Shown piece after piece: positions 63,934 to 64,000 of a DNA stretch of 64,000 bases (position 1 is the stretch's first letter; every line of letters begins with the position of its first letter). Source of the stretch: Patellaria atrata CBS 101060 (lineage: Eukaryota). The stretch spans positions 1,219,016-1,283,015 of the forward strand of contig MU006095.1 in the NCBI GenBank assembly GCA_010093705.1, written 5' to 3'. Made by a program: the position numbers and the translations under genes. The notes under the pieces were generated by a model that saw only the letters and a list, made by a program, of their open reading frames with translations, searched no databases and was not told where the DNA came from.

Positions 63934-64000
63934 TCATCTCGTTTCCTCTTCTTGTTCTGCGTGTGGATCTGGGAAGGCAAGGAGAGATATCCCCCACTGT

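Overview
Gene-dense chromosomal DNA from a filamentous ascomycete (Pezizomycotina), judged from short GT-AG introns with CTRAY branch points and fungal orthologues. About 20 mostly housekeeping genes are recognisable: a TGL2-like lipase, VMA10, PET117, a UBE2C-type E2, an ELL-like factor, an ACS-family MFS transporter, PAF-acetylhydrolase, a Rab4-like GTPase, an ADGF-type adenosine deaminase, ATG2, an S10 carboxypeptidase, a Kin4-like kinase, CTNNBL1, a TPR/F-box/LRR protein, a quinone oxidoreductase, DSK2, IES4 and a RanBP9/Gid1-like protein. The standout is a ~6 kb island (~30.2-36.3 kb) between ATG2 and the carboxypeptidase with no intact gene. It holds (i) a non-coding array of about 11 regularly spaced bipartite motifs, GGT-N16-GTYGAACGYAG, at ~90-115 bp period with divergent spacers, (ii) clusters of WACGGT motifs, and (iii) an amidase pseudogene bracketed by both a degenerate inverted repeat and a degenerate direct repeat. 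No transposase, recombinase or cas gene is visible in the window. The lipase catalytic motif also appears to need a 2-nt micro-exon. All gene models were assembled by eye, and coordinates span start to stop including introns.
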